NCBI RefSeq assembly: GCF_006345805.1
Contig: NC_042998.1
Location: 155,186,001-155,250,000 of the forward strand
Direction of reading: 5' to 3'
Source: Octopus sinensis
Lineage: Eukaryota
DNA length: 64,000 nt
The position numbers and the translations under genes are program-made. The first letter of the stretch is position 1. Each line of letters opens with the position of its first letter. A model generated the notes under the pieces. It searched no databases, was not told the DNA's origin, and saw only the letters and a program-made list of their open reading frames with translations. Shown piece by piece: positions 25,416-38,399 of the stretch.

Positions 25416-26419
25416 CCGGCCTCCGTGCTGTGGGCACGTAACAAACACCATCCGATCATGGCCGTTCGCCAGCCTCATCTGGCACCTGTGTCGGTGGCAC
25501 ATAAAAACACCTTCCGAAGACCCGGCAAGACTAGTCAGTCCACCTGTGCATACCTTCCTTCTTGTGACACTTGTGAAGACCGGTTGAGGCAAGTGAAAAT
25601 CAAATCAAATCAAAATAGACAAAATAGATGAACATCAATGGAATTTGTATCTTGTGGTACCAGTGCCTGTGGCACACAAGAAATCCATCAGTGCTGTAGT
25701 CAGTGCGGTGGGCACATGACAAACACCATCCGATCGTGGCCGTTCGCCAGCCTCATCTAGCACCTGTGTCGGTGGCACATAAAAACACCATCCGAAGACC
25801 CGCAAGACTAGTCAGGCCATAACCCATGGCCCCTACCTGGGACGTAGTCAGTCCACCTGTGCATACCTTCCTTCTTGTGACACTTGTGAAGACCTGTTGA
25901 GGCAAGTGAAAATCAAAACAAATCAAAATAGATGAACATCAATGGAATTTGTATCTTGTGGTACCAGTGCCGGTGGCACGTGGCACACAAGAAAACCATC
26001 CGAACGTGGCCGTAGCCAGTACCGCATCGACTGGCCTCCGTGCTGTGGGCACGTAACAAGCACCATCCGATCGTGGCCGTTTGCCAGCCTCATCTGGCAC
26101 CTGTGTCGGTGGCACATAAAAACACCATCCGAGCGTGGCCGTCTGCCAGCCTCGTCTGGCACCTGTGTCGGTGGCACATAAAAAACACCATCCGAGCGTG
26201 GCCGTTTGCCAGCCTCGTCTGGCACCTGTGTCGGTGGCACATAAAATCACCCACTACACTCTCGGAGTGGTTGGCGTTAGGAAGGGCATCCAGCTGTAGA
26301 AACACTGCCAGATCTGACTGGACTGGTGCAGCTTTCGGGCTCCCCAGACCCCAGTTGAACCGTCCAACCCATGCTAGCATGGAAAGCGGACGTTAAATGA
26401 TGATGATGATGATGATGAT
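25412..26419 (+). mobile_element. Multimeric RTE 3'-UTR array with ~60-bp tandem units and (GAT)n tail
   Basis: Unit CACATAAAAACACCATCCGAGCGTGGCCGTCTGCCAGCCTCGTCTGGCACCTGTGTCGGTGG; block GAAGACCCG..CAAGTGAAAATCAAA..GGAATTTG repeated. Confidence 0.85.
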
Positions 26420-26899
26420 AGACACACATGCATACATACATACATACATACATACGTATATATATATATACATCAAATAAACTAGCTCATGAAGAAAATC
26501 TCTATTAGAGATGAAAGCACTATTTATGCTGAAAAGTAATGTTTATTACAATACAAACAAAGGTGTTCTATAAGAACAGACAGTATTGTTATCTTAATCT
26601 CAGGAGAATGCCTCCTCCATCTGGTCATTCAGTGTGCTTCACACTTGAAATATTATGCAAGTGGGGAAAGAACTCCCTACTATTCTATCTCTGAGACTAC
26701 CAGTCCATACAGTTTCAACCTTATTGTGGTCATCTTTGGTGATGGATACTAGTCTGCCAGACATAGGAGTAGTTTGCCCCAGCTTGCAATATATAGAAAA
26801 AAGTTACAATATATTTATATTAAGATGGCGGCCAGCACTTCACACATGGGATTATTGTTCCTGCAAAAAGCTGAGAAAATTTGCAAAAGTACGATATCA

Positions 26900-27047
26900 A
26901 TAATATTTTCTGATTGAGACAGGCATTAAATTGATATAATTTGTGCTCAACCTTCAAAATTCTTGCCTGTGTTTAAGACTTTCTTCACTGAATCTATGTA
27001 GCCAAAAAGGAAACAGTTTAAAAATTCCTTCATAGAATCTATATAGC
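26900..27047 (-). pseudogene. FAM227-like exon remnant (R)LYRFYEGIFKLFPFWLHRFSEESLKHRQEF*RLSTNYINLMPVSIRKYY
   Basis: Strong acceptor CTGTTTTCCTTTAG; in-frame TGA at 26954-26956; the true 3' boundary is unresolved. Confidence 0.45.
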
Positions 27048-27140
27048 CTAAAGGAAAACAGTATACAATTACAAAGTTCTCAGGAAAACTTAGTTATTTA
27101 ATTGATTAACAATAAAATTGAAAGGATGTAAGTAATTGAC

Positions 27141-27300
27141 CTTTGAGATTTTATGCAGCCATAAGTAAGGTGTTTTAATTTTACGAGGCAGACAAATTTC
27201 TTGTGCGTTATTTACATTAGCATATGGAAAGTTAATAAAATCAGGTAAGAATTTGTTTTATACCTTTTTTGTTTCAATATGTGCTGTTGTCCATTTCAGT
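27141..27300 (-). pseudogene. FAM227-like exon remnant KWTTAHIETKKV*NKFLPDFINFPYANVNNAQEICLPRKIKTPYLWLHKISK
   Basis: Long frame with one TAA at 27258-27260; donor AAG|GTCAAT; acceptor not identified. Confidence 0.4.
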
Positions 27301-27679
27301 ACCCAAATTAATTAATTGATTGCTTAATTTCTTTGATTTCTCTTCTCACCGTTTCCTTATGATATAAAATAGTCAAACATAAAAACATAATTTCCCCTTT
27401 CTCTCTGTTTCTCTTTCTTTCTCTCTCTCTCTGCCCCTCTCTCTCTTTTGTACATGTGTGTATATGGGAACATATTTATAGAGAAATTATAGATACAGAT
27501 ATAGATCTTTCTCCTTGTCCCATATATAGATATTTTCACTCTTGGACCCATGCCATTATTTCAACCTCTCTTGTTCACTCATAGATCTATACAAACTTAC
27601 ATCTCAATATCTTTCTTTCTATCTCTCTCCTTATCTCAACCTCTCTCTAAAAATATACAGGAGAAAATAGCAAACTAAA

Positions 27680-28970
27680 GATGTCTCAAAATTGGCTAAG
27701 TGCAGAATTAAAATAATTCCTGAGAGGTTCTTAAATAGCTGATGGGTACAACCCAAATAACATTATAATGGCAGCTCTAAAGAGCAACGGCTACATAAGG
27801 ATCACAGTTCAGATAGAATGGAAGAAACAAGAATTCATCCACTCCTATGATCTTATCTGACCTCACATTAGCATCCTTGACACCATCTTTGAACAGAAAT
27901 TCAAAATAAAAAAATGACAAGGATGGTGACACTGATGTGAGTGAAAGATGTTACCTTGGTTCTGTTGATCCACATGAGAACATAGATGGAAATACAAATA
28001 AGAGACCTGCCAAAGAAGGAGACAGCAGCACAAATGGCCCTGCCACTACCAATGTGAACAACCAAAGAGATGAAAGGGTTAAAAAAGTAAAAAGCTGAAA
28101 AAGGCAGAAGGTATAGTATATGAAGAAAAAAGGAAAACAGAAGCCTCTGATGATGACACAAAAAAAAAGTAGGAAAAACAAAAGAGAGCCCCTCACCAAG
28201 AAAAATTACTAAAGAAAGAAACAAGCCAGATAGCCTATACATGAAGGTACAAATAATATAATTTGGGAGTGCACACAAGTGTGTAAATTCTACCTGTGCA
28301 GTGTCAGCTGGTATGGAGATGATGGGGCAAACTGCTGCTTCCTACATCCAAAACCATGACAGGCAGAACAAAAACTTCCCTCAAAAGGGATCCAAAGACA
28401 AAGAAAGACCCTCAAAGGGGATAAAGTTCTGCATCACCGGCATCAAAACAAAAATATGCTAATGTAGTGTGCACTAACTTCAACAGCCAGCCCTATCTAC
28501 AAGCTATCCTAAGGGCTGTAGCTGAGCAACAATCGTTTTTATGCATGGCACAAAAGATTGTACAGCAAGTGTCCTGGCTACATCAGTTCCAGGGTTGGAG
28601 CCATCCTCACCAACATAAATGATTACCACAGCAAATGAATTCAGAGTGGCCACTATTGGCATCAACACAGATATAACATCAATATTCTGTATGAACATAA
28701 GAGGATTGTCACAATTCTGTAACAGAAGCAAAATTCCCTTCCTGAGAGACCCTGTGGCATGCAATCAAACCCTATGCATTGCACTCACCAAAACACCTAA
28801 AATCTGACATCACAGATACAGAAATATACATAGCAAAATATGTTGTACTGTGAAGTAACAGAAAAACAGGACTTGTGGAGTTGCAATGTACAGCTGTGAA
28901 GATCTCCCACCCCAGATCCTTTTGTTGCACTCAAACTTGGTGTGAGACACACTAATTGTACATATGAGAG
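27680..28970 (+). mobile_element. CR1/L2-type LINE 5' part (ORF1 remnant plus APE start)
   Basis: SIFCMNIRGL, CIALT, CGVAMY and VCETLIVH are APE motifs; continues at 31312. Confidence 0.6.
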
Positions 28971-31278
28971 GTATTTTGTGTTGCAAGACAGTGTGTGAGA
29001 GAAAATCATAATGTGGTAGGAGAGAAATGTGTTCGCATGGATGATGGTTCACTTGCGCTAAATGAGGATGCAAAGAGAGAGGTTTAGAGATGCCACTATG
29101 AAAGGTTGCTCAATAAAGAAAATGAATGGGATAAAGAGAGTCTGCCGAATGTCGACCCAACAGAGGGACCAGCTATCCGAGTTGACAGTTCCTTAGTAGT
29201 TAAGGCAATTAGAAGCATGAAGACAGGGAAAGCCCCAGGCCCATCAGGAATTACTGCAGAGATGCTCAAAATATCTGGCGGTGTCAGCTATAGCCTAGTC
29301 ACCCGCATAGTTAATCAGGTGATACACGAAGGAGTCATACCCAATGACTGGTGTAGCAGCATAATAGTCAACTGCTACAAAGGTAAAGGTGACACACTAG
29401 ATACAAATAATTACAGAGGTATCAAGCTGTTGGATCAGGTAATGAAGGTTACGGAGAAGGTCATAGCCCAACTGATTAAGGAGAGAGTCAGCTTGGATGA
29501 GATGCAGTTTGGTTTCGTGCCAGGGAAAAGTACCACTGATGCCATATTTCTGGTGAGACAGCTGCAGGAGAAATACTTAGCCAAAGATAAACCTCTGTAC
29601 CTGGCTTTCGTTGACATGAAGAAAGTCTTTGACAGGGTCCCCCGATCTGGTGGTCAATGAGGAAACTAGGGATAGATGTATGGTTAGTGAGAGCTGTACG
29701 AGCCATGTACAGGGACGCTGTTAGTAAGGTGAGGATTGGCGACGAGTACAGTGAAGAATTCCGGGTAGAGGTTGGGGTTCACCAAAGTTCAGTTCTCAGC
29801 CCCCTCCTATTTATCATAGTCCTCCAGGCAATTGTGGAGGAATTCAAGACAGGATGCCCCTGGAAGCTCCTCTATGCTGATGACCTTGCCCTAATTGCTG
29901 AGTCCTTATCAGAACTGGAAGAGAAGTTTCAGGTGTGTAAGCAAGGATTAGAATCGAAGGGCCTAAGAGTCAACCTAGCTAAAACCAAAGTCCTAATAAG
30001 TAGGAAGGTAGACAAATCACAAACACCTTCACGTAGATGACCCTGCTCGATCTGTAGAAAAGGCGTAGGTAGAAACTCTATAAGATGCACCAAGTGTAAG
30101 CTATGGACACATAAGAGGTGCAGCAATGTCAAAGGAAGGCTAACTAGGAAGATAGTTTTTGTATGTGGCAGGTGCTCAGGAGCAATAAACACTGAAAATA
30201 TGCAGAGACCATTTTCCGCCACATTCCAGGGAGAAAAACTAGAAATAGTTGATAGCTTCCGTTACCTAGCTGACTAAGTCAGTAGCGGGGGCGGGTGTGC
30301 TGAAAGTGTAACTGCTAGAGTAAGAATAGCCTGGGCAAAGTTCAGAGAGCTCTTACCTCTGCTGGTGACAAAAGGCCTCTCGCTCAGAGTAAAAGGCAGT
30401 GAAACATGGGCCGTGACTGCTGAGGATATGCATAAGCTCACAAGAAATGAAGCCAGTATGCTCCAATGGATGTGTAATGTCAGTGTTCATACTTGACAGA
30501 GTGTAAGTACCTTGAGAGAAAAGTTGGACCTAAGAAGCATCAGTTGTGGTGTGCAAGAGAGACGTTTGTGCTGGTATGGTCAAGTGGCGAGAATGGATGA
30601 AGATAGTTGTGTGAAAAAGTGCGGTTGAGGGAACCTGTGGAAGAGGTAGACCCAGGAAAACCTGGGACAAGGTGGTGAAGTACGACCTTCAAACTTTAGG
30701 TCTCACCGAGGAAATGACTTGAGACCGAGACCTTTGGAAGTATGCTATGCGGGAGAAGACCCGGCAGGACAAGTGAAGCCATAACCCGTGGCCTCTACCT
30801 GGGATGTAGCCAGCCCACTTATGCACTCCTTTCCTTCTTGGGACATAAAACTCTACTTGTGAAGACCTGTTGAGGCAAGTGAAAATCAAAATTGTAATCG
30901 ATCAACATCAATGGAATTTGTAGCTGTGATATCAGTGCCGATAGCACGTAAGAGAACCATCCGAACGTGGCCATAGCCAGCGCCGCCCTGACTGGCCTCT
31001 GTGCCAGTGGCACATAAAAAGCACCGTTACCAGCCTTGTCTGGTCTCGTGCCGGTGGCACGTAAAAGGCACCATCCGATCGTGGCTGTTTGCCAGCCCTG
31101 TCTGGCACCTGTGCCCGTGGCATGTAAAAAGCACCCACTACACTCACGGAGTGGTTGGCGTTAGGAAGGGCATCCAGCTGTAGAAACACTGCCAGATCAG
31201 ACTGGGCCTGGTGCAGCCTTCCGGCTTCCCAGACCCCATTTGAACCGTCCAACCCATGCTAGCATGGAACGCGGACGT

Positions 31279-31311
<33 letters not shown>
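28971..31311 (+). mobile_element. RTE-clade LINE (5'-truncated) inserted into the CR1 APE domain
   Basis: KAPGPSG, NYRGIKLL, QFGFVPGKST, FVDMKKVFDRV, HQSSVLSPLLF, LYADDL; 3' UTR and (GAT)n at 31279-31311. Confidence 0.92.
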
Positions 31312-31313
<2 letters not shown>

Positions 31314-32750
31314 GACAATTCAATATAGTTATATGAACTATATATCACCCACCAGATGCTTCAAATCACAAAGATTGCTTTGCAAAAATAGAAGAAATCT
31401 TAACCAAACTAGAAGAGCACATCAATGTACTTCTCATGGGAGACTTCAGCCTACCCAATGTAGGATGGCCTGGTGTACTTTTCGTCTCAGGAATGATGCA
31501 ATGTGGAATCTCTGCTCAACCTCACCAACAATTTATACATGGAGCAAGTAAAGCTCCAACCAAACTAGGGCAAACAATGTGAATCTCATCCATAATATGA
31601 CAGGGACATATGGATCACAACATAATAGAACTAACCATGTATGGACTATAGGAATCCACAGACATGCTGCTTAAGAGAAGCACTCAAAATCTATCCAATC
31701 TGAACTACCACAAAGCAGACTGAAAAACAATTGAGAAAGAGATCATCAAACAGGATTGGCCCAATATCTCTACACCTGACACTGAGATGAAATTTAAAGA
31801 ATTAATGTCCATAAAGCAAGCCATAGGACAAATTTTTGTCCTAGAGAGGAAGGCACATTAAAACAAGATTCCCAGAGAGAAAAAAAGTTCTCAAGAGATG
31901 GCATACAAAGATTGAAAACTGCTTTAACAGAGAACTCAATGGCAGTGAGAAGTCCTGCTTGGAAACAGCACTGCTGGAGATTGAGAAACATCTGAAATGT
32001 TCTCATGAAAAAGAAAGGGCAGACAAAGAAGCTTGAGTTATAAAAAATATAAAATCAAACCCTAAATCCTTCTGTAAGTATGCCAAAGAAACTACCTTGG
32101 TGTGTTGCAAGGTAGAGGTACTCCTCTAAAAAGATGGCTTCCTCATGGGAAACTCAATGAGGATAAGTGAAACAATTCAGAAGTGTCTTCGCCCCACCCT
32201 TAGGACACATACAAGCCAGCAAACCTGTAGAATTCTTTGCCACTATATATGCAGAAAGGGAGGCAGTAATAATTGATTACATCAGCATCAAAGAAGAGGA
32301 TGTAATAATGGCCATAGATGAGGTAGATACAAACTCAGCTGTTGGCACCAATGGATTCCCAGCAATCCTTCTTAAGTCATGCAAACGAGCCCTAGCAAAA
32401 CCACTGCAACTTCTTTTTCAGAGCTTCCTTGCAAATAGTAAGCTCCTAGGCACACTGAAGGAGGGAATAATATGCCCTATTCATAAAGGAAGGAGCAGAG
32501 CAAATGCTAAAAACTACAAGCCTATCTCTCTGACCTGACACATCAGCAAAGTCATGGAACGAATAGTCTGAAGGAAACTAATTGCATTCTGTGAAGTGAA
32601 TGACTTGCTGACTTACATAGCTTCCAAGCTACCTGCATAGCTTTCAAGCAGGTAGATTCTGTCTGACATAGCTCTTGCAGCACTATGACTGGGTATTAAT
32701 GCAATTGCTCAACAACTCAAACGTGTAAGGGATATATTCCAACTTCACAA
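31312..32750 (+). mobile_element. CR1/L2-type LINE continuation (APE end plus RT start)
   Basis: YHPPD..LLMGDFSLPNVGW; ORF 32167-32538 GTNGFPAILLKSCKRALAKPL...PIHKG...NYKPISLT. Confidence 0.75.
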
Positions 32751-32971
32751 TTGATTATAATACACCAAAGGGATTTATGACTTGTCGGATACCATAGAGT
32801 ATACCAACAACAGGTGCTAAATATTCATAGGGTTGGTTTTCTCTGAGTACACAACCAGAATATCCTATTTGATACTTACCAACCATTGGCTTGAACCACA
32901 GGTTTATCCAACCTGACCTGGTGCATATTTTTCAAGAACCTGATTCTATCTGAATCCTTATTTTACTATAT

Positions 32972-33001
<30 letters not shown>

Positions 33002-33005
<4 letters not shown>

Positions 33006-33198
33006 AAATAATATGTGACAATTATTAAATAGCCAAGATAAAACTCTGAGTTCGGATGCCGAGGTGGAAATCCACAACACCATCTCTTCGGTTATCTGGC
33101 CAGATAACTGAGGAGATGGTGTTGTGGATTTCCACCTCAGCATCCGAAACTCAGAGTTTTGTCTTGGCTATTGAATAATTGTCACATATTATTTTATA
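33002..33198. repeat. Loopless ~197-bp palindrome centred at 33099/33100
   Basis: Arms 33002-33099 and 33100-33198 are reverse complements with a few mismatches and one indel. Confidence 0.95.
33100..33167 (+). ncRNA. Type-I hammerhead ribozyme motif (right arm of the palindrome)
   Basis: CCAGATAA-CTGAGGA-GATG...CATCC-GAAA-CTC-A-GAGT-T/TTGTCTTGG; stem I 8 bp with one bulge and one G.U pair. Confidence 0.6.
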
Positions 33199-33430
33199 GA
33201 TAAATTCCTCTATGTACATAATATTTTTTGTTATCTTACCATTTTTACCAATATATATATATATTATATATATATATATATATACATATATGTATGTATA
33301 CATACACACACACATATATATATTATATATATATAATAATATTAGGTAGTATAACTCCAAACTTACAGGGAAAAATTCAATTTAGTATTAAATCAAATTT
33401 CACAATATAAATATACAATATATAAATTAT

Positions 33431-33471
<41 letters not shown>

Positions 33472-33544
33472 ATATACGTATATGTACATATAGGTGTGTA
33501 TGTATATATGTGTGTGCATGTATGTGTGTGTATGTACATATATA

Positions 33545-34140
33545 CATATACAATTTCTCTAAGAACTCCTATAGAGGTTGACGAGGAAAAGCCTAAAGTA
33601 TGTAATGTTATTCACATATCTTGGTAATAAAGTGAACTTGAATGCTTCCCTTAATGATGAAATCGTCGACCATCTTGTGAAGGCAACCAACACATTTACC
33701 AGACTCCATTGCCTATGGAATGAAAATGACATTAAACTTGACACCAAAGTAAAGGTTGATAAAGCTGTCATTCTTACTACTCTCTTGTATGGCTCAGAAT
33801 CATGGACACCTTATAGGTGGCACATTAACCAACTAGATATCTTCCACCAAGGCTGTCTCAAGACAATCAGCAGTTATTCACTAAAAGTCAGAGTGTTTAA
33901 TGTCAACCAGTTTAGCATGTGTAAGATTAGTGGAACTGAGAGCTTCCTTAAGCAGTTGTAATTGTACAGGGCTGGCCATGTCATCAGAATGAGTGCTAAA
34001 AGAATACCCCAAATCCTCATGTATCAGATTGTCTGGAAAGTTCATGCCAATTTGTAGATGTTCATGTTCCAACACATTAGAACACGTCAAATTTATCAAC
34101 ACATATAATATACTTACATTTCCGGCTAGCACACACATCA
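33545..34140 (+). mobile_element. RTE (BovB-like) RT C-terminal fragment
   Basis: FTYLG...TKVKVDKAVILTTLLYGSESWT...FHQGCLK. Confidence 0.8.
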
Positions 34141-34189
34141 AACTATCTCTTGAGAAAGGAAGTTTAAAATTACTTAAATCATGTCAATT

Positions 34190-34885
34190 TTGCATCCCTA
34201 TGAAAATGGAAGATTATAAGGTAAATTTTAGACACTTATTGCTTTATTATTACCATGAAGGCAAAAATGCCTCGCAAGCAACAAAAAAGATATGTGCTTT
34301 AGCAGACAGAACTGTACAGAAGTGGTTTGCTAAGTTTAGAGTTGGTGATTGTAACCTTATTGATGAAGAATGCTCAGGCAGACTCCCACCACCACCACCA
34401 CTTCAGATGACAACCAAATCAAGACATTGATTGAGAATAACCCACATTATACAACGTAGGAATTGGCAGAAACACTAAATTTATCAAAATCCATCATCCA
34501 TAAGCACTTAGTGAAGCTTGGGTTCTCAAATTGCTACAAGGTTTGGTTACCACATGATCTGAGTGAAAAGAAGTTTTGGATCACATTTCTGACTGTGATT
34601 TGGTGTATAAACACAATGAAAATGCACCCTTTTTGAAGTAGATTGTAATGGGTGATGAGAAATGGATAGTTTATAAAAATGTTCAGTGAGAAAGATCCTG
34701 GGATAAACAACATGAGCCACTTTTAGCCATCCTAAGAAAGTCATGCTCTGCATCTGGTGGGATTGGAAAAGAATCCTTTACTATGAGCTTCTGCCAAGTA
34801 ACCAGTCAATAAATTCTGAGAAGTACCGCTAGCAACTGGATAATTTAAAGGCAGCAATTCAAGAAAAGCGCCCAGAATTGGTAAC
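34190..34885 (+). mobile_element. Mariner (Mos1-like) transposase remnant
   Basis: FRHLLLYYYHEGKNAS..TVQKWFAKFR; IVMGDEKW; LCIWWDWK..YYELL; IQEKRPEL. Confidence 0.8.
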
Positions 34886-35796
34886 GGCTTTTTTCAGTTT
34901 CCATTTCCCAGATTCACTCAGAAGGCTTTGGTCAGTCCAAGGCTATAATAGAAGATATTGTCCAAGTGGAGCTAAACATGAAAACGTGGTTGGAAAGTGA
35001 ACTTCTCAAGTACACGATTATGCCTGTGCCTACACACACATATAAGTACACATAATTGCACACACACATGTAAATATACAAATAGATGGACTTAATTCAA
35101 AGGTCAATGTATCATTCTGCTTCCACTCACAAATTGTGATGAGTGTACATGTGTCAGTGGGTTACTTGGCTATTTTGCATGTTAATTCAATTGATCGAAC
35201 AAGTGAATGCTCATATACCAAAATCATATCACCAAGAGAGCCTGTCATATATTAGAGTGTGTGTGTGTTTTCAATAAATTATATTGGTGCTAATCTACTT
35301 AATATAAAAGCATCTCAGTTGGTTTCAATGATAAATATTCCAGTTCAATCAACTGAATTGCTTACTCATTAAATTATAGAATAACTAGCTGTGTATTTTC
35401 CAGATAAAATAATTCTCAGGTGAAATAAGTGACAAAGCTGACCCTTTGAATTACAGCTAGAGTCCATCCAACAAGCTAAGCTTTGATAGTTTCTGTTTAT
35501 GAAGTTTCATATATGTAAAATATATTTATCGTCATGTTATCTCATACTTTTTATCAAGACCCACATTTTGTTAAATTAGCAATAGTTTCAATAACTCCTT
35601 AATTTGAAGTAACTTTGATAGGTGGAACAATAATTTTTCCAAGATCCTAAAATTGAAACAGGCTTTGGTTTGGACCATCTGCAGACCTGAACCCAGAAAA
35701 TTTATGGACTGATCATTAATAAAACTTTGATAGTTGCTGACATGTAAAACATAAATATCAATTAAAGTCTGAATATGAAACTTTTCAAAAGCTCAC

Positions 35797-35959
35797 CTCA
35801 ATTCTCTTTCTTTTAAATATGAATCAAGTGAAAAACATTGCTTCCTCAAATTATACATCTCTTAATCATTTAACATTCCATTAACAAAGGTAATAACAGA
35901 GACTAGTAATATGCTTAAAATATGTTCATAAAGACTCTCCTTGATTTGGACTTTGATCA
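35797..35959 (-). pseudogene. 163-nt exon (V)IKVQIKESLYEHILSILLVSVITFVNGMLND*EMYNLRKQCFSLDSYLKEREL with in-frame TAA
   Basis: Acceptor TTTTCTTATAAG and strong donor GAG|GTGAGC. Phase matches the upstream exon 48558-48669. One TAA at 35862-35864. Confidence 0.55.
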
Positions 35960-36429
35960 CTTATAAGAAAAGATTAATAAAACTAGGACATTACTGATAA
36001 GAAAGCAATTCAAGCTGTTATAAAACATTGTTTCAATGTTGTTAGCAATACCATAGTAAGATTCAGTTTGTAACAACAGTAACGATAATTTATTTAACTA
36101 AAATCTGGAGAGTGCTGCTGTGTTGATTGGGTTTTCATATGCCAAAAGATAAATGTACCTCTACAGTAATTTTAACACCTGAATTACATCAAAAAAATTT
36201 CACTTTGCCATTAAAATAAATGCTTCATTTCTGAATTCAAAATCAATAACTAGTAAGACTATAAAGTAAAAGAAAAAAGACTAAAAAAAAAATTATTTGA
36301 AATGCATTATTTTATCTTCTTTCTTTCTTCATACTCATCCACCCTCACTTGAAACACACACATGCTCACCCATACATTTGCCAAAAAATATATACATACC
36401 TGCATACACACTCACACACACGCACACAA

Positions 36430-38365
36430 GAGAATATATTCTATGGTATTAAATCTAAGAAATTCCCTCCAAAAATCAAAGGTTTGGAAGACTTCGAAGC
36501 GGACCTACTGAAGCTCATGAACAAAATAAAATTTCGTAATAAAATTTCCGACAGAAACTGAAAAAAGATATCAATTACGTAAAAAGTTTAAAAAAAAAAA
36601 CCGCACTTTTTTTTGATAAAACCAAGAACTTATAGCTAGTAGAAAACAGCACATATTCATGACTTCTACACAACAGCATCATCAATAATTACACCAAGGC
36701 TAGGCCACAAACCTATAACGAAATTAATAAAGAAGCTAGCATTATCGCCACCAGACTTAAATTAGATAAAAAAAAATAGAGGTCCTACCCAAAAAAGAGG
36801 CCTATATAACTTACCAAAGACCATAAAAAGAACTTCACATCTAATCCTAAAGGTAGGCTTATTAACCCAGCTAAATCAGATCTTGGTATTCTTAGTAAAG
36901 AAATTTTAGGAAAAATCAATGCGAAAGTCAGGAATGCCACTAGGTTAGTACAATGGTTCAATAGTATAGAAGTCGTTGACTGCTTTAAAGCCATTAAGAA
37001 TAAGAATAAAGCAAGATTCATGCAATTCAATATTGTCGATTTTTATGCCTCTATCTCTAAGGAACTGCTAGATAAAGCCCTCACCTTTGCAAGCAAATTC
37101 ATAGAAATCAGTACACTAGATAAGGACATAATCTTCCATGCTAGATAGATTGTACTCTTCAGAGTGGGTCAAGACTACCGATACAGAGAGTACTTTCGAT
37201 GTGAGCATAGGGTGGTCATATGATGGAGCAGGCATATGCGATCTTATTGGACTATTCCTACTCGATACGTTGAGCAAGACTTTTCCTGACGTATACTTCG
37301 CCATTTACAAAGATGATGCCCTCGCCTTAAATGCAAATACCAATGGTCCAGCACAGGATCAGTTTAGGAAGGACATTATCCATTTGATGAAAACTTTCGG
37401 TCTTAGCATAACTACAGACACCAATATGACAGTTGTCAATTTCCTAGATGTATCCTTAGATCTAAATAAGAATATTTATAAACCTTATAGGAAGCCCAAC
37501 GATAGACTTAGCTATATTAATGTGGGTTCCTGCCATCCCACCATAGTGTTTAAAAATTTAATTAAAATATTAGCAAAAGAATTTCTAGACTCTCCTCCAA
37601 TAGAGACATCTAAATAAGGCTCTAAAAGATAGTGTATTTAATGAGGAAATAACCTATACACCCACCACCAGTCCAATAATAAAGAAGAGGAAACATAGGA
37701 ATAGGAAAACTATCTAGTTCACATCCGCCTACTCACCCAAAGTGGCCTTTAATATAGACAAGTATTTCTTAGTACTGATAGATAGGCATTTTCCAGTCAA
37801 CCATAGTTACAGAAAGCTCTTCAATAGACATAACTTAAAAATCAGTTTCAGCTCAACTACTAATTTTAAATATATAATCACACACAACACACAAAAACCA
37901 CAATATAAAACTAGCTGTTCATGCAGAGATAAAAATTTGTGCCTGCTAAATGGAGCTTGCATGTCCGAGACCATCATTTATGAAGCCACCGTGGACTCTA
38001 CATCCACTAAGGACATGGTTTCGATGAAGAAATACGTGGGCCTTACAGAGGGTCAGGTTCAATAATCACACCTTGAGCTTCAGGCACTGGGATAAAAGGA
38101 AAACGACTAAATTATCCAGTCATATATGGTCCTTAAAAAATAAAGGTGTCAGTTACAACATCCATTGGAAGATCTTAGCCAAGTGTAAGCCCTACACCAA
38201 CGGCAGTGGAAAGTGTGGTCTTTGTGATATGGAAAGATGGCTCATCTGGAAAAGCAGCTTAGACACCGCCACATGTCTAAATTCAAGAACTGAACTTTTC
38301 GGATCATGCCCATATGTGGCTAAATATCTGTGTTACGTTTTTGGTCCCCGAGACTACAAATAAGA
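36430..38365 (+). mobile_element. Penelope-like element: RT plus GIY-YIG, degenerate
   Basis: PKGRLINPAKSDLG, FNIVDFYASI, AIYKDD, VNFLDV, IIYEATV..KKYVGLTE, LSSHIWSLK, CGLC. Confidence 0.92.
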
Positions 38366-38399
38366 CTTGCTTCCTATATTGTTTCCACGTACAAGCTTT

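Noticed and set aside
25440-26250. CRISPR-like regularly spaced repeats (also 7130-7560, 30950-31130)
   Set aside because: Contiguous ~60-bp tandem units with no unique spacers, inside RTE 3' UTRs of a eukaryotic locus; no cas genes.
26560-26830. Possible maT/Tc1 catalytic remnant on the minus strand (VWTGSLRDRIVG..)
   Set aside because: Too degenerate to delimit; not listed as a feature.
32880-32950. Strong minus-strand donor TG|GTAAGT with an open frame
   Set aside because: No polypyrimidine acceptor; upstream is (TA)n.
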